Made by a program: the position numbers and the translations under genes. The notes below the pieces were generated by a model. The model saw only the letters and a list, made by a program, of their open reading frames with translations, was not told the origin of the DNA and did not search any database. A DNA stretch of 60,716 nucleotides, the filler included. It is 4 parts of 4 records of this genome, joined end to end, with 100 filler letters (N's around TTAATTAATTAA, not from the genome) between each part and the next. Parts side by side here need not be neighbours in the genome. Positions count along the whole stretch, not along the records: positions 22,151 to 43,508 come from SRR2962707_4382; positions 43,609 to 60,716 come from SRR2962707_4386; 2 more parts are not named here. The stretch is one strand, 5' to 3'. Positions 38,136 to 47,359 of the stretch are shown here, in pieces; within the stretch, counting starts at the first letter, position 1, and each line of letters begins with the position of its first letter.

Positions 38136-38999
38136 ATGACTAAATCCATTTTTCAGAGCGTGTGGGTAAAGGCGCGCCCTTACGTTGCCTCACTCGCCAT
38201 TGCCAGCATCGCGACCCTGGGGCTGACGTCAGGCGCCACAGCGCAGAGATCGGTTCAGGAGATCAAAGACTCCGGCGTGCTGCGCATCGGCTCTCAGGTT
38301 TCCCAGGTTCCTTGGGGCTTTAACGATGCATCGGGCACACTCACCGGCTTTGACATTGAACTGTCGCGGTTGGCGGCCGAGGATCTTGGGGTGGAGCTTG
38401 AGACGACACCCGTCACATCGTCCAACCGCGTCGCGACCCTTTTGACCGGTCAGGTCGATGCGCTCGCTGCGGTGATGGGCATTTTCGCAGATCGACAGGA
38501 GGTGGTCTTGTTCTCACGCCCATACGTGAACAATGACACCGTCTTTATCGGTCGTGCCGATGTTGATGTTTCTGGCTATGACGAACTTTCCGGGCTGCGT
38601 GTCGGGGTTCCGCGGGGCACACCGCAAGATATTGGGCTGACTGAAGCAAGCCCGGAGGGCGCTGTTATTCAGCGCTTCGACGATGATGCCACAACCGTCC
38701 AGGCCCTGTTGTCCGGGCAAGTAGACGTCATCGGCGGCGCATCGACCCAGCTTGGTAATATTGAGCAAGTTGCCGGTCCCGATCGGTTCGATCAAAAGTT
38801 CGTCGTCGCTCGCGCCTTTAACGCCTTTGCCGTCCATCCCGACAACCGCGAATTGGCTGACTATCTCAGCGATTTTGTGGCTCGTAAGATCGAGAGCGGT
38901 GAGCTTGCCGAACTTTATGCAGAGTGGATTGGCGGAGACCTTGCGGACTTGCCGACCACTGGTGAGGGTCCGGACGCGCTTCCGATCAGCGTCGAATAA
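38136..38999 (+). CDS. ABC substrate-binding protein (family 3)
   Basis: Signal peptide; PWGF..GFDIEL, NRVATLLTGQVD, FSRPY. GGAGGAG RBS. Confidence 0.9.
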   Translation: MTKSIFQSVWVKARPYVASLAIASIATLGLTSGATAQRSVQEIKDSGVLRIGSQVSQVPWGFNDASGTLTGFDIELSRLAAEDLGVELETTPVTSSNRVATLLTGQVDALAAVMGIFADRQEVVLFSRPYVNNDTVFIGRADVDVSGYDELSGLRVGVPRGTPQDIGLTEASPEGAVIQRFDDDATTVQALLSGQVDVIGGASTQLGNIEQVAGPDRFDQKFVVARAFNAFAVHPDNRELADYLSDFVARKIESGELAELYAEWIGGDLADLPTTGEGPDALPISVE

Positions 39000-39016
39000 A
39001 CCAGACGTTTCATACT

Positions 39017-39041
39017 GCGGGGCGGACGTCGGCCGCCCCGC
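39017..39041 (+). terminator. Intra-operon hairpin after the substrate-binding protein gene
   Basis: GCGGGGCGG-ACGTCGG-CCGCCCCGC followed by TTCT. Confidence 0.6.
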
Positions 39042-39062
39042 TTCTAACCTTTGAGGCTTAGC

Positions 39063-39854
39063 ATGCAAACCAGCGCGGATCAGAGCTTGACCACAGAGCG
39101 GGTTGAGGTGGGTGTATTGGGCGAGACCATCATTTCCATTGAAGCACTCAATAAATGGTACGGCAGCTTTCACGCTCTCAAGGATATTAACCTCAAAGTC
39201 GCTGAGCGCGAGAAACTGGTGATCTGCGGACCATCAGGGTCAGGTAAGTCAACACTCATACGCTGCATCAACCACCTTGAAGTCTTTCAGAAGGGCCTGA
39301 TCACGGTCGATGGAAATGAGCTTACTTTGGTGGCACGCAACGTCGATGCCATTCGTGCTGAAGTGGGCATGGTTTTCCAGCAGTTCAATCTTTTCCCCCA
39401 CCTTACCGTGCTTGAAAACTGCATGTTAGCGCCCCTCAAAGTGAGGAAGAAGACCAAGGCGGAAGCGCGTGATATCGCGATGAAATTTTTAGAGCGTGTC
39501 CGTATTCCCGAGCAAGCCGGGAAATATCCCGCTGAGCTCTCAGGCGGACAGCAGCAGCGTGTCGCGATTGCGCGTGCGCTGTGCATGTCCCCTAAAATCA
39601 TGCTGTTCGATGAGCCCACTTCGGCCCTGGATCCTGAGATGGTCCGCGAAGTGCTCGACACCATGGTGGGCTTGGCTGAAGAAGGCATGACGATGATCTG
39701 TGTCACTCATGAGATGGGCTTTGCGCGCAGCGTTGCCGATCGCGTCATATTCATGGCCGATGGCGAGATCGTTGTTGATGCGCCTCCTACCCAGTTTTTC
39801 GACGAGCCGGACAATCCGCGGTTGCGCGATTTTCTCGGTCAAATTCTCCACTAG
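39063..39854 (+). CDS. Amino-acid ABC ATPase (GlnQ-like)
   Basis: GPSGSGKST, LSGGQQQRVAIARAL, FDEPTSALDPE, VTHEMGF. Start uncertain. Confidence 0.93.
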   Translation: MQTSADQSLTTERVEVGVLGETIISIEALNKWYGSFHALKDINLKVAEREKLVICGPSGSGKSTLIRCINHLEVFQKGLITVDGNELTLVARNVDAIRAEVGMVFQQFNLFPHLTVLENCMLAPLKVRKKTKAEARDIAMKFLERVRIPEQAGKYPAELSGGQQQRVAIARALCMSPKIMLFDEPTSALDPEMVREVLDTMVGLAEEGMTMICVTHEMGFARSVADRVIFMADGEIVVDAPPTQFFDEPDNPRLRDFLGQILH

Positions 39855-39887
39855 CTCTATCGCCAGACCGAAATTGAGGCCCAAGGT

Positions 39888-40352
39888 ATGCTGCCTGGAC
39901 AGTTTTTTGACGACATCGACGACGGGTCCGTCCATTGGACACCAGGGGTCACTGTAACGGAAGCCCATATCCTTAACTATGCGGGAATCACAGGCGATTT
40001 CTCGCCCGTTCATGTCGATGAGACCTTCGCTCAGAGCACGGATTTCGGTGGCCGCATAGCCCATGGTTTGTTGGGGTTGAGCTTGACCGATGGGCTCAAG
40101 GTTCAATCGTCTCTATTTCGGGTTGGCGTCGCCTTGTCCTGGTCGTGGACTTTTAAGCTTCCCATTCGCGCTGGCGACACGCTCCGAGCACGCCTTGAAA
40201 TCATCGGCAAGCGGATCTCAAAAAGCAGACCGAACATGGGCATTTTTGCCATCGGCGTTGAGTTGCTGAACCAGAGAGACGAGATCGTCCAGAAGGGCGA
40301 GCACCATCTTATGGTCCCTCGGCGTCCCGAACGCCTTTTGGAGGAGAACTGA
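39888..40352 (+). CDS. MaoC-family (hotdog-fold) dehydratase
   Basis: TGDFSPVHVD..FGGRIAHG, PIRAGDTL, NQRDEIV. Confidence 0.88.
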   Translation: MLPGQFFDDIDDGSVHWTPGVTVTEAHILNYAGITGDFSPVHVDETFAQSTDFGGRIAHGLLGLSLTDGLKVQSSLFRVGVALSWSWTFKLPIRAGDTLRARLEIIGKRISKSRPNMGIFAIGVELLNQRDEIVQKGEHHLMVPRRPERLLEEN

Positions 40353-41896
40353 TGGTACGCGATAAGTTTGTTACCGCAGATCAAGCCGCAGCCATGATTC
40401 CCGATGCCGCCACTGTCGCGTTGATCGGTGGGGGTGGGGGGTTGATGGAACCGACCAAGGTGTTTCGGGCGATCTCCCAAAGGTTCAAATCCGAAGGGCA
40501 TCCCAACACTTTGACCGTAGTCCATGCGCTCGGCATCGGCGACAAAAAAACCGAAGGCATGAATCATTTTGCCTATCGGGGAATGGTCAAGAGGGTCATT
40601 GGCGGGCATTGGGTTTGGTCGCCTGAGATGCAGCGCATGGCGCGTGATAATGCCATTGAGGCCTATGTTTTGCCGAGCGGCTGCGTCATGCAACTTTACC
40701 GCGAAATCGCTGCCAAGCGTCCGGGGCTGTTCACCCATGTGGGCTTGGGCACGTTCGTTGATCCGCGTCAAAACGGGGGCAAGATGAATGAGGCTGCCAA
40801 GGATGATTTGGTGGAGCTCGTTCAGATCGGGGGCGCCGAGCTGCTCTGGTACAAGTCCTTCGGCATCGATGTCGCCATTATTCGAGGCTCATTTGCCGAT
40901 GCAGATGGCAACATCTCTCTGGATCAGGAAGCGGCCAATATCGACGTTTATGCAGCTGCGCTGGCGGCGCACAATTCGGGTGGCATCGTGATTGCCCAGG
41001 TAAGAACAGCAGTTGCGCGCAATTCTTTGCCTGCGCGTGCCGTACGGGTGCCCGGAGCCATCGTTAACGCGGTCGTCGTCGATCCCGATCAGAAGATGAG
41101 TTACGCCTTGGACTATGATCCTGCCGTGTCAGGCGAGATCCGTCCTCCCGCTGACCGCGTTCTGCCCTCGCTTGGTCAGGACGTACGCGCACTGATTGCA
41201 CGCCGCGCCTACAAAGAACTGCGCGAAGGCGCGGTCATAAACTTTGGCGTGGGTATCGGTGAAGGCGTTGCCACCCTGATCGCCGAACGCGGTGAGAAGG
41301 AGCGCTACTACCAAACCATCGAACACGGCACCTATGGCGGCTCGTTGATGGTGGGCGATCTATTTGGCTATGCGCGTGGTGCCTCGGCCATGATCGATGG
41401 ACCATCCCAGTTTGACTTTTATTCTGGCGGCGGGCTCGACATCGCGTTTCTGGGCTTTGGTGAATGCGACGCTTTGGGCAACATAAATGTTTCCAAGCTG
41501 GGCGGACTGACTGTTGGGCCAGGCGGGTTTATGGACATCGCTCAAAATGCCAAGCGTGTGGTGTTTTGCGGCACATTCGACGCCAAGGGTGGCAAGTCGC
41601 AAATCCTACAAGGCGCGCTGCGTGTGGAGCGTGCGGGAGCGGTACGCAAGCTCGTCGACAAGGTTGAGCAGGTGACCTATTCGGCCCAGAGCGCCCTCGA
41701 GCGCGGGCATAGCGCCACTTTGATCACTGAGCGCGCGGTGTTCGAATTTACGCGTGAAGGTTTGGTTCTCAAGGAAGTTGCGCCCGGTATTGATCTGAAA
41801 ACGGACGTTATTGACCAGATGGGGTTCGAGCCTTTGATGCCCACCTCCCCTCAGGCGATGGCACCGACCCTATTTTGTGGAGATGCAGATCAATGA
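40352..41896 (+). CDS. Fused acyl-CoA:carboxylate CoA-transferase (YdiF/Pct-like)
   Basis: GLGTFVDPR, INFGVGI, catalytic Glu in TIEHG, GPGGFMDI, ITERAVF. Confidence 0.88.
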   Translation: MVRDKFVTADQAAAMIPDAATVALIGGGGGLMEPTKVFRAISQRFKSEGHPNTLTVVHALGIGDKKTEGMNHFAYRGMVKRVIGGHWVWSPEMQRMARDNAIEAYVLPSGCVMQLYREIAAKRPGLFTHVGLGTFVDPRQNGGKMNEAAKDDLVELVQIGGAELLWYKSFGIDVAIIRGSFADADGNISLDQEAANIDVYAAALAAHNSGGIVIAQVRTAVARNSLPARAVRVPGAIVNAVVVDPDQKMSYALDYDPAVSGEIRPPADRVLPSLGQDVRALIARRAYKELREGAVINFGVGIGEGVATLIAERGEKERYYQTIEHGTYGGSLMVGDLFGYARGASAMIDGPSQFDFYSGGGLDIAFLGFGECDALGNINVSKLGGLTVGPGGFMDIAQNAKRVVFCGTFDAKGGKSQILQGALRVERAGAVRKLVDKVEQVTYSAQSALERGHSATLITERAVFEFTREGLVLKEVAPGIDLKTDVIDQMGFEPLMPTSPQAMAPTLFCGDADQ

Positions 41897-42879
41897 AGTA
41901 CGTCAATCTTGGATCTACGGGGCTTAAGATTTCGCGGATTTGCCTGGGTTGCATGAGCTATGGCGACTCAAACAAAGGCGAACATGGTTGGGTTTTGGAT
42001 GAGCAGCAAGGCCGACCCTTTCTGAAAGCCTCTCTCGACGCCGGCATCAACTTTTTCGACACCGCAAATATCTATTCCGATGGTGCCAGCGAGGAGGTTC
42101 TGGGTCGAGCAATTAAAGACTTCGCCGTGAGAGACGATGTGGTTTTAAGCACCAAAGTGCATGGCAAGATGCGCGACAACGTCAATGGCGGCGGCCTCTC
42201 GCGCAAGGCAATCTTTGCCGAAGTAGATGCAAGCCGGAGACGTTTGGGAACCGACTTCCTAGACATATTACAGATTCATCGCTGGGATTACGAGACGCCC
42301 ATAGAGGAAACGCTTGAGGCTCTGGATGCAGTCGTGCGTCAGGGCAAGGTGCGCTATCTTGGTGCATCCTCGATGCACGCCTGGCAGTTCATGAAAGCAC
42401 TGGGGCTCCAACGCGCTCATGGCTGGGCGAATTTCGTCATGATGCAAAATCATGTCAATCTGTTGTATCGAGAAGAGGAGCGAGAAATGCTCCCGCTATG
42501 CCGGTCAGAGGGAATTGGCGTGACCCCTTGGTCGCCACTGGCGCGTGGTCGCCTGACGCGCGGTCCGGAAGGCAACAGCGATAGCGCGCGCTACGCCACC
42601 GACAACGTTGGGGCTCGCTATTATGCCCGGGCCGGCGAAGCCGACAATGAGATTATAGACAGGGTTGGCGAACTTGCCGCCCGCCGAGAACGATCACGTG
42701 CGGAAATTGCTCTGAGCTGGCTCCTTCACAAACCAGGCATTTCGGCCCCTGTCGTTGGAGCGACCAAGCCGCACCATCTAGAGGCTGCCCTCGCAGCGGT
42801 CGATATCTCGCTTGAGCCAGACGAAGTTGCCTACCTCGAAGAGCCATACGTGCCCCGGCCGATTTCAGGACACAGTTGA
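41893..42879 (+). CDS. Aldo/keto reductase
   Basis: LGCMSYG, FFDTANIY, TKV, QIHRWD, PWSPLARG. Confidence 0.93.
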   Translation: MKYVNLGSTGLKISRICLGCMSYGDSNKGEHGWVLDEQQGRPFLKASLDAGINFFDTANIYSDGASEEVLGRAIKDFAVRDDVVLSTKVHGKMRDNVNGGGLSRKAIFAEVDASRRRLGTDFLDILQIHRWDYETPIEETLEALDAVVRQGKVRYLGASSMHAWQFMKALGLQRAHGWANFVMMQNHVNLLYREEEREMLPLCRSEGIGVTPWSPLARGRLTRGPEGNSDSARYATDNVGARYYARAGEADNEIIDRVGELAARRERSRAEIALSWLLHKPGISAPVVGATKPHHLEAALAAVDISLEPDEVAYLEEPYVPRPISGHS

Positions 42880-42887
42880 GCCCCGCC

Positions 42888-43508
42888 ATGAAAACCTCGA
42901 TAGCGACCGTTTCGATCAGCGGCGATCTGCGAGAAAAGCTGGCGGCCATTGCCGCGGCTGGATTTGATGGCATCGAGATTTTCGAGAACGACTTTCTCGC
43001 CTTTGATGGTGGACCGCGTGAAGTGGGTCGCATGGTTCGCGACCATGGGCTTGAAATCGCGTTGTTTCAGCCGTTTCGTGATTTCGAGGGCATGCCCGAG
43101 CCTGACCGGCAACGAGCCTTTGACCGTGCAGAGCGCAAGTTCGACGTGATGGAGGAATTGGGGACCGACCTTGTTCTCGTATGTTCGAACGTTTCTACTG
43201 CGGCGTTGGGCGGCATCGATCGCGCCGCAGCAGACCTTCGTGAGTTGGGTGAGCGGGCCCAAAGACGCGGTTTGCGGATCGGGTACGAGGCTCTCGCCTG
43301 GGGCCGACACGTCAACGACCATCGCGATGCCTGGGAGATCGTGCGACGAGCCGATCACGAGAGCGTTGGGCTCATCGTTGACAGCTTCCACACCTATGCC
43401 CGCAAGATCGATCCCGACACCTTGCGCAGCGTACCGGGAGACAAGATTTTCTTTGTGCAGCTCGCCGATGCCCCGCTCATCGATATGGACCTGCTCTATT
43501 GGAGCCGG
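42888..43508 (+). CDS. QuiC1-like 3-dehydroshikimate dehydratase, N-terminal TIM-barrel domain, 3'-truncated
   Basis: MKTSIATVS..GFDGIEIFEND, FQPFRDFEG, YEALAWG, DSFH, QLADAP..LLYWSR. Confidence 0.85.
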
Positions 43509-43608
43509 NNNNNNNNNNNNNNNNNNNNNNNNNNNNNNNNNNNNNNNNNNNNTTAATTAATTAANNNNNNNNNNNNNNNNNNNNNNNNNNNNNNNNNNNN
43601 NNNNNNNN
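43509..43608. other. Artificial contig spacer
   Basis: N block with TTAATTAATTAA at 43553-43564. Confidence 0.98.
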
Positions 43609-43727
43609 AACTGACGCGCAGCGGTATTGGGGAACGAGTGGGGTAGCGAGACACTGGCAAATGCCGGGAAGTCGCCCCGCAAGGCCGAACCGAAAGGTTC
43701 ACCGCCCCTGAGTCCGAAGACCTGCCA
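43609..43727 (+). ncRNA. Cobalamin (AdoCbl) riboswitch aptamer, 5'-truncated
   Basis: ACTGACGCGCAGCGGTA, CACTGG...CCGGGAAG, and a B12-box-like GAGTCCGAAGACCTGCC. Confidence 0.85.
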
Positions 43728-43798
43728 GGCACATGATACATGGCACCTTCGCGACTCAGGGTGATCAGATGATCTGGCGTGGCGTTGCTGTGCCTGAT

Positions 43799-43841
43799 CT
43801 CCTGACCGCGCAAAAGGATGCCCCCGACGCGCTTTCAGGAG
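43799..43841 (+). promoter_or_regulatory. Anti-Shine-Dalgarno hairpin (riboswitch expression platform)
   Basis: CTCCTGA (43799-43805) is complementary to TCAGGAG (43835-43841), which contains the RBS for ATG 43847. Confidence 0.65.
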
Positions 43842-43846
43842 GAACC

Positions 43847-44019
43847 ATGCCCGCCACCCCATCCCATGCACCGTCTTCAGACACCTCGAAACTGGACATC
43901 TCCGGCACCAACGTTGTGAAGTCTGGACTCGCGTAATGGGCTACCACCGCCCGGTTTCTGCCTTCAATAAAGGCAAACAGTCCGAGCACCGCGAACGCAC
44001 CCACTTCCGGGAGCGTTGA
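43847..44019 (+). pseudogene. nrdD: Stand-alone NrdD C-terminal glycyl-radical peptide, frameshifted near 43900-43905
   Basis: Frame 1 encodes QRCEVWTRVMGYHRPVSAFNKGKQSEHRERTHFRER*. The AGGAGG-preceded ATG 43847 is in frame 2. One added C (TCCGG to TCCCGG) fuses them. The conserved part is absent from the ORF track. Confidence 0.8.
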
Positions 44020-44020
44020 A

Positions 44021-44725
44021 ATGACGGCGGATAACCTGGTGATTGGAGGCATGGCCGCCTTCTCCACCGTCGATTATCCGCAACACCTGGCGGCAACCTT
44101 GTTTCTGCAGGGTTGCCCTTGGCGTTGCCATTACTGCCATAACCCTCATCTTATTCCACTGGAACCCGGTGATGAAAAAGTCACCTGGCAGCAGGCCCGC
44201 CGGCACCTTGACCGTCGCCAGGGATTGCTAGATGCGGTGGTGTTCAGTGGTGGTGAACCCACCATTCAGAAAGCCCTGCTACCGGCTTTGCAACAAACCC
44301 GGGCCATGAAATTTCGTAACGGCCTGCACACCGGCGCTCCGCACCTGAAATTACTGAAGCCGCTATTGCCCTGGCTGGACTGGGTGGGGCTGGATATCAA
44401 GGCGCTGCCAGCAGACTATGAGGTCATCATAACCAACCGGCATTCTGGACAGGAGAGCTGGGCGGCCATCTCAGCGCTGCAAGATTCCGGCCTGGACTTC
44501 GAGTGCCGGATGACCTGGCATGGCGCCCTTCAGTCACCAGAACATGTGATTGCTGTGGGGCAGCGGCTGGCGGATCAGGGCGTGCGTCAGTTTGCGGTGC
44601 AGATTGCCCGCAGTGCTCAGATGCTGAATGCCTCTATTGGGGCCGGATATCTGAGCCTGGACGAGATGCAAAACGTCAGCAATAACCTCGCTCCGCTTTT
44701 TGAAACGTTCGATATTCGTGAGTAG
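44021..44725 (+). CDS. nrdG: Anaerobic ribonucleotide reductase activating protein (radical SAM)
   Basis: STVDYP..LAATLFLQGCPWRCHYCHNP, LDAVVFSGGEPT, GLDIKA. It starts 1 nt after the NrdD peptide. Confidence 0.88.
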   Translation: MTADNLVIGGMAAFSTVDYPQHLAATLFLQGCPWRCHYCHNPHLIPLEPGDEKVTWQQARRHLDRRQGLLDAVVFSGGEPTIQKALLPALQQTRAMKFRNGLHTGAPHLKLLKPLLPWLDWVGLDIKALPADYEVIITNRHSGQESWAAISALQDSGLDFECRMTWHGALQSPEHVIAVGQRLADQGVRQFAVQIARSAQMLNASIGAGYLSLDEMQNVSNNLAPLFETFDIRE

Positions 44726-44761
44726 GCTGGCAAGTACACTCACATATCGGGGAGCGTTCCT

Positions 44762-45124
44762 ATGGAAATTCGCCTCAAACGAGCCTACGACACAGCTGCC
44801 CGCTCAGACGGCCCACGAATTCTGGTAGACCGCATCTGGCCCCGGGGTGTTGCCAAGGAAGAGGCCGACATCACTCACTGGTTGAAAGGACTGGCGCCGT
44901 CTACCGATTTACGTAAATGGTTTGGTCATGATCCGGACAAATGGTCGGAGTTCTGTGACTGCTACCTGAGAGAGCTCAAGTCCGATGAGGCGGCAGATGA
45001 CCGGGAAACGCTCCGGAAGATCCTTGATGAGCACAAACGCATAACACTGGTATTTGCCGCAAAGGACACCGAGCACAACAATGCGTTGGCGCTGCGTGAC
45101 TATATCCTGAATGAAAAGATCTGA
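44762..45124 (+). CDS. DUF488/YeaO-family protein
   Basis: IRLKRAYD..DG.RILVDRIWPRGV.KE, LAPSTDLRKWFGHDP, ITLVFAAKD..HNNA. Confidence 0.9.
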   Translation: MEIRLKRAYDTAARSDGPRILVDRIWPRGVAKEEADITHWLKGLAPSTDLRKWFGHDPDKWSEFCDCYLRELKSDEAADDRETLRKILDEHKRITLVFAAKDTEHNNALALRDYILNEKI

Positions 45125-45281
45125 AGCTACCGGTTAAATCAACTAGGCCATCTAACCGATTTGCAGCCAGACCCGCATTTGAAGTGTGACTTTATCACTG
45201 ACCCCGTCCAATCACCCGCAATACCATAAAACCGTTAGCGATAGGTATGCATCTTTTGATGAGATACGGTGAGGAAATGGC

Positions 45282-46529
45282 ATGAGCGATCTTGCGAAAC
45301 AGAAATGGCATCCCAGGCACTGGCTAATGCCGCTGGGGCTGATGGGGACCAGTATTATGCTGATCTTCATCCTGAAAGTTTTTATACCGCATAAAGGGCA
45401 CTTTGCCCCCTCGGTGGAGCAGTTCAATGCTCAGCTTGCGTCTCTGGATGGGCTGGCTTTTCTGGGAATATGGTTGAGCTGGTATGGCTTCTGGCTATTG
45501 TTTATCGTGGGCAGCCTGTTAATTCCCTATTTTATCCTGCGCTCGGTTCAATATCTGAGGGCGGGTGGCCATCAGTTGTCAGACTCTGATCCCATGGAAG
45601 CTGCAGGATGGTTCGGGCTCCCGCTTTCTCTCGGAATGTACGGCAATGTTTCATTATTTGCCACCATCATTATTTTCGGCCTGGATACCAAGGCCGATAA
45701 CCTCCTCTTGCCTTTCTGGTTAGCTTATGACCTCGTGGTAGCTGCGCTTGCCCTGATACTTCTGTCCTGGTATGACAAGGCTCGGGCTCAGCTAAAGAGG
45801 GCTTATCCTGAGCGTGAGGAACAGGCCTCAATGGTGGTTCCCTTCTCCCTTGGCTTCATGGCGTTAAATATTGCCGGGCCCGGTGCACTTGGCGAGCACG
45901 TTGCCGTTACAGCCACGTCCTTGGCGGCTTCCATGGCCTTTTTGGCCCTCTCTGCCTGGGTGTTCTTCAGTTATTTCCGGGTGTTCCGTCAGGATATGGG
46001 CGCTTTATTCTCCCTGAAAAAAACCATGGCTGAACGGGTGGTACAGGAGAAAAACTGGGCCAGGGTGATGAACTTCGGTACAGCGGTGACAACCCTCAAT
46101 GTGTGGATGATCGCCATGATTCGTAATTATCTGAACTATGGAAAGCACTTCGGAGAGTTTGATCTTGCGACCAAGAATATGATCGCTTGGGGTGCCTCAG
46201 GAACTGTTGCCCTGGCATTGCTGGTGTTGTTCTCGCTTTGGCGCAATGGCTTTTTCAGGCACCTGTTTCAGGAACAGAGGCCACTTATCTTCTCGCTGGG
46301 ACTGGTGTGCATGATGGTGTCCAGCTATGTGATTACAGCACTGTTCACTACAACAGCACTCGCTACCGGATTGCTAAGCTCTAACAGCCTCGCCCTTTAT
46401 GGCATTGTGGGTATCGAGGGCCTGCTGCTCATGGTCAACCTGTTTGTTGTTGCCGCCCTGACCTACCGAATGGCGATCAGAGGCAATATTCAAACCTGGC
46501 AGGCCAGTGAAATCCGGCAGTTGATTTGA
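45282..46529 (+). CDS. Multi-pass membrane protein of unknown function
   Basis: 415 aa with about ten hydrophobic segments; GAGGA RBS. Confidence 0.75.
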   Translation: MSDLAKQKWHPRHWLMPLGLMGTSIMLIFILKVFIPHKGHFAPSVEQFNAQLASLDGLAFLGIWLSWYGFWLLFIVGSLLIPYFILRSVQYLRAGGHQLSDSDPMEAAGWFGLPLSLGMYGNVSLFATIIIFGLDTKADNLLLPFWLAYDLVVAALALILLSWYDKARAQLKRAYPEREEQASMVVPFSLGFMALNIAGPGALGEHVAVTATSLAASMAFLALSAWVFFSYFRVFRQDMGALFSLKKTMAERVVQEKNWARVMNFGTAVTTLNVWMIAMIRNYLNYGKHFGEFDLATKNMIAWGASGTVALALLVLFSLWRNGFFRHLFQEQRPLIFSLGLVCMMVSSYVITALFTTTALATGLLSSNSLALYGIVGIEGLLLMVNLFVVAALTYRMAIRGNIQTWQASEIRQLI

Positions 46530-46545
46530 GCTTAAGTCGGCCGGT

Positions 46546-46998
46546 TCATTGCCACACGGCAATGAGTGCGCCCGACCCCAGAACCAGTGTGCCACCTATC
46601 TCGGCAACAATCAGCAGCACCATAAAACCATGAATCAACCAGGGTGGTAGTGTTGCATTGCCGAGTCTGTGGGGTTTGCGCAGTTGGTTGCTGGTGTCCC
46701 GAAGCAGGCCGTGAATAATGTAGGTGCCGATGGCCAGGGCGAAGAAACCAAGAGCAACTGCGGCTGCCAGGGTGTTCAGCCAGCCTGGGTAAATGCTGTG
46801 ACCGGCAAACCAGCTCAGGAGCATGGCGGCAAAACTGTACATCAGTGAGCTGCGGTGGGCGATGTCAACGTACCGGGGGGCGACAGCTTTCGGGCTTTTG
46901 GCCATGCACCAGTATTTCCAGATCCCGGTCACCAGTCCTGTCATAAAGAAAAGGAAAGCGGCGCTCAGGCAGAGTCTTTCAGCCAGTGTCATGGTCAA
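46546..46998 (-). CDS. Four-TM integral membrane protein, function unknown
   Basis: 150 aa hydrophobic; contains GIWKY..YVDIAHRSSLMYSFA, YIIHG..DTSNQ. Confidence 0.75.
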   Translation of the reverse strand: MTMTLAERLCLSAAFLFFMTGLVTGIWKYWCMAKSPKAVAPRYVDIAHRSSLMYSFAAMLLSWFAGHSIYPGWLNTLAAAVALGFFALAIGTYIIHGLLRDTSNQLRKPHRLGNATLPPWLIHGFMVLLIVAEIGGTLVLGSGALIAVWQ

Positions 46999-47359
46999 TT
47001 TTCCCTAAAAGTGATGCGTTTTCGGAGAGAACGTATACTGCTTGGTGACAGTGTCACTAAGCAGCAGGTGCGCCGTCGCCAATCTGTTCACGATATCTGA
47101 TTTCAATCCTCAGTAATTGACCAGAGAGGCCGGGTACTCTCGTTCAGCGGTCACCCCCAATATACGGTTATGATCAGGCGCTGCCCGTTCACTGATGATG
47201 TAGGCTGGTAGGGCGCATGCTAGGCAGGCTGTCCGAATTTGCTTCCTTAGTAGCATCTCCATGATCTTAAAGATTCATTGAAAATAATTGTATTATGGTC
47301 CATTAATGGAGGTGCTTCCCTTTAGAGGGTTTTGACTGATGAGATTCAAGGAGATTCTG

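Noticed and set aside
12986-43608. Identical TTAATTAATTAA palindromes repeated three times
   Set aside because: Each sits centred in a 100-nt N block. This is an artificial six-frame-stop linker, so gene associations across spacers are not meaningful.
43733-43936. 67-aa ORF in the track downstream of the riboswitch
   Set aside because: Its 5' part is the riboswitch expression platform and its 3' part is the start of the frameshifted NrdD peptide running on in the wrong frame.
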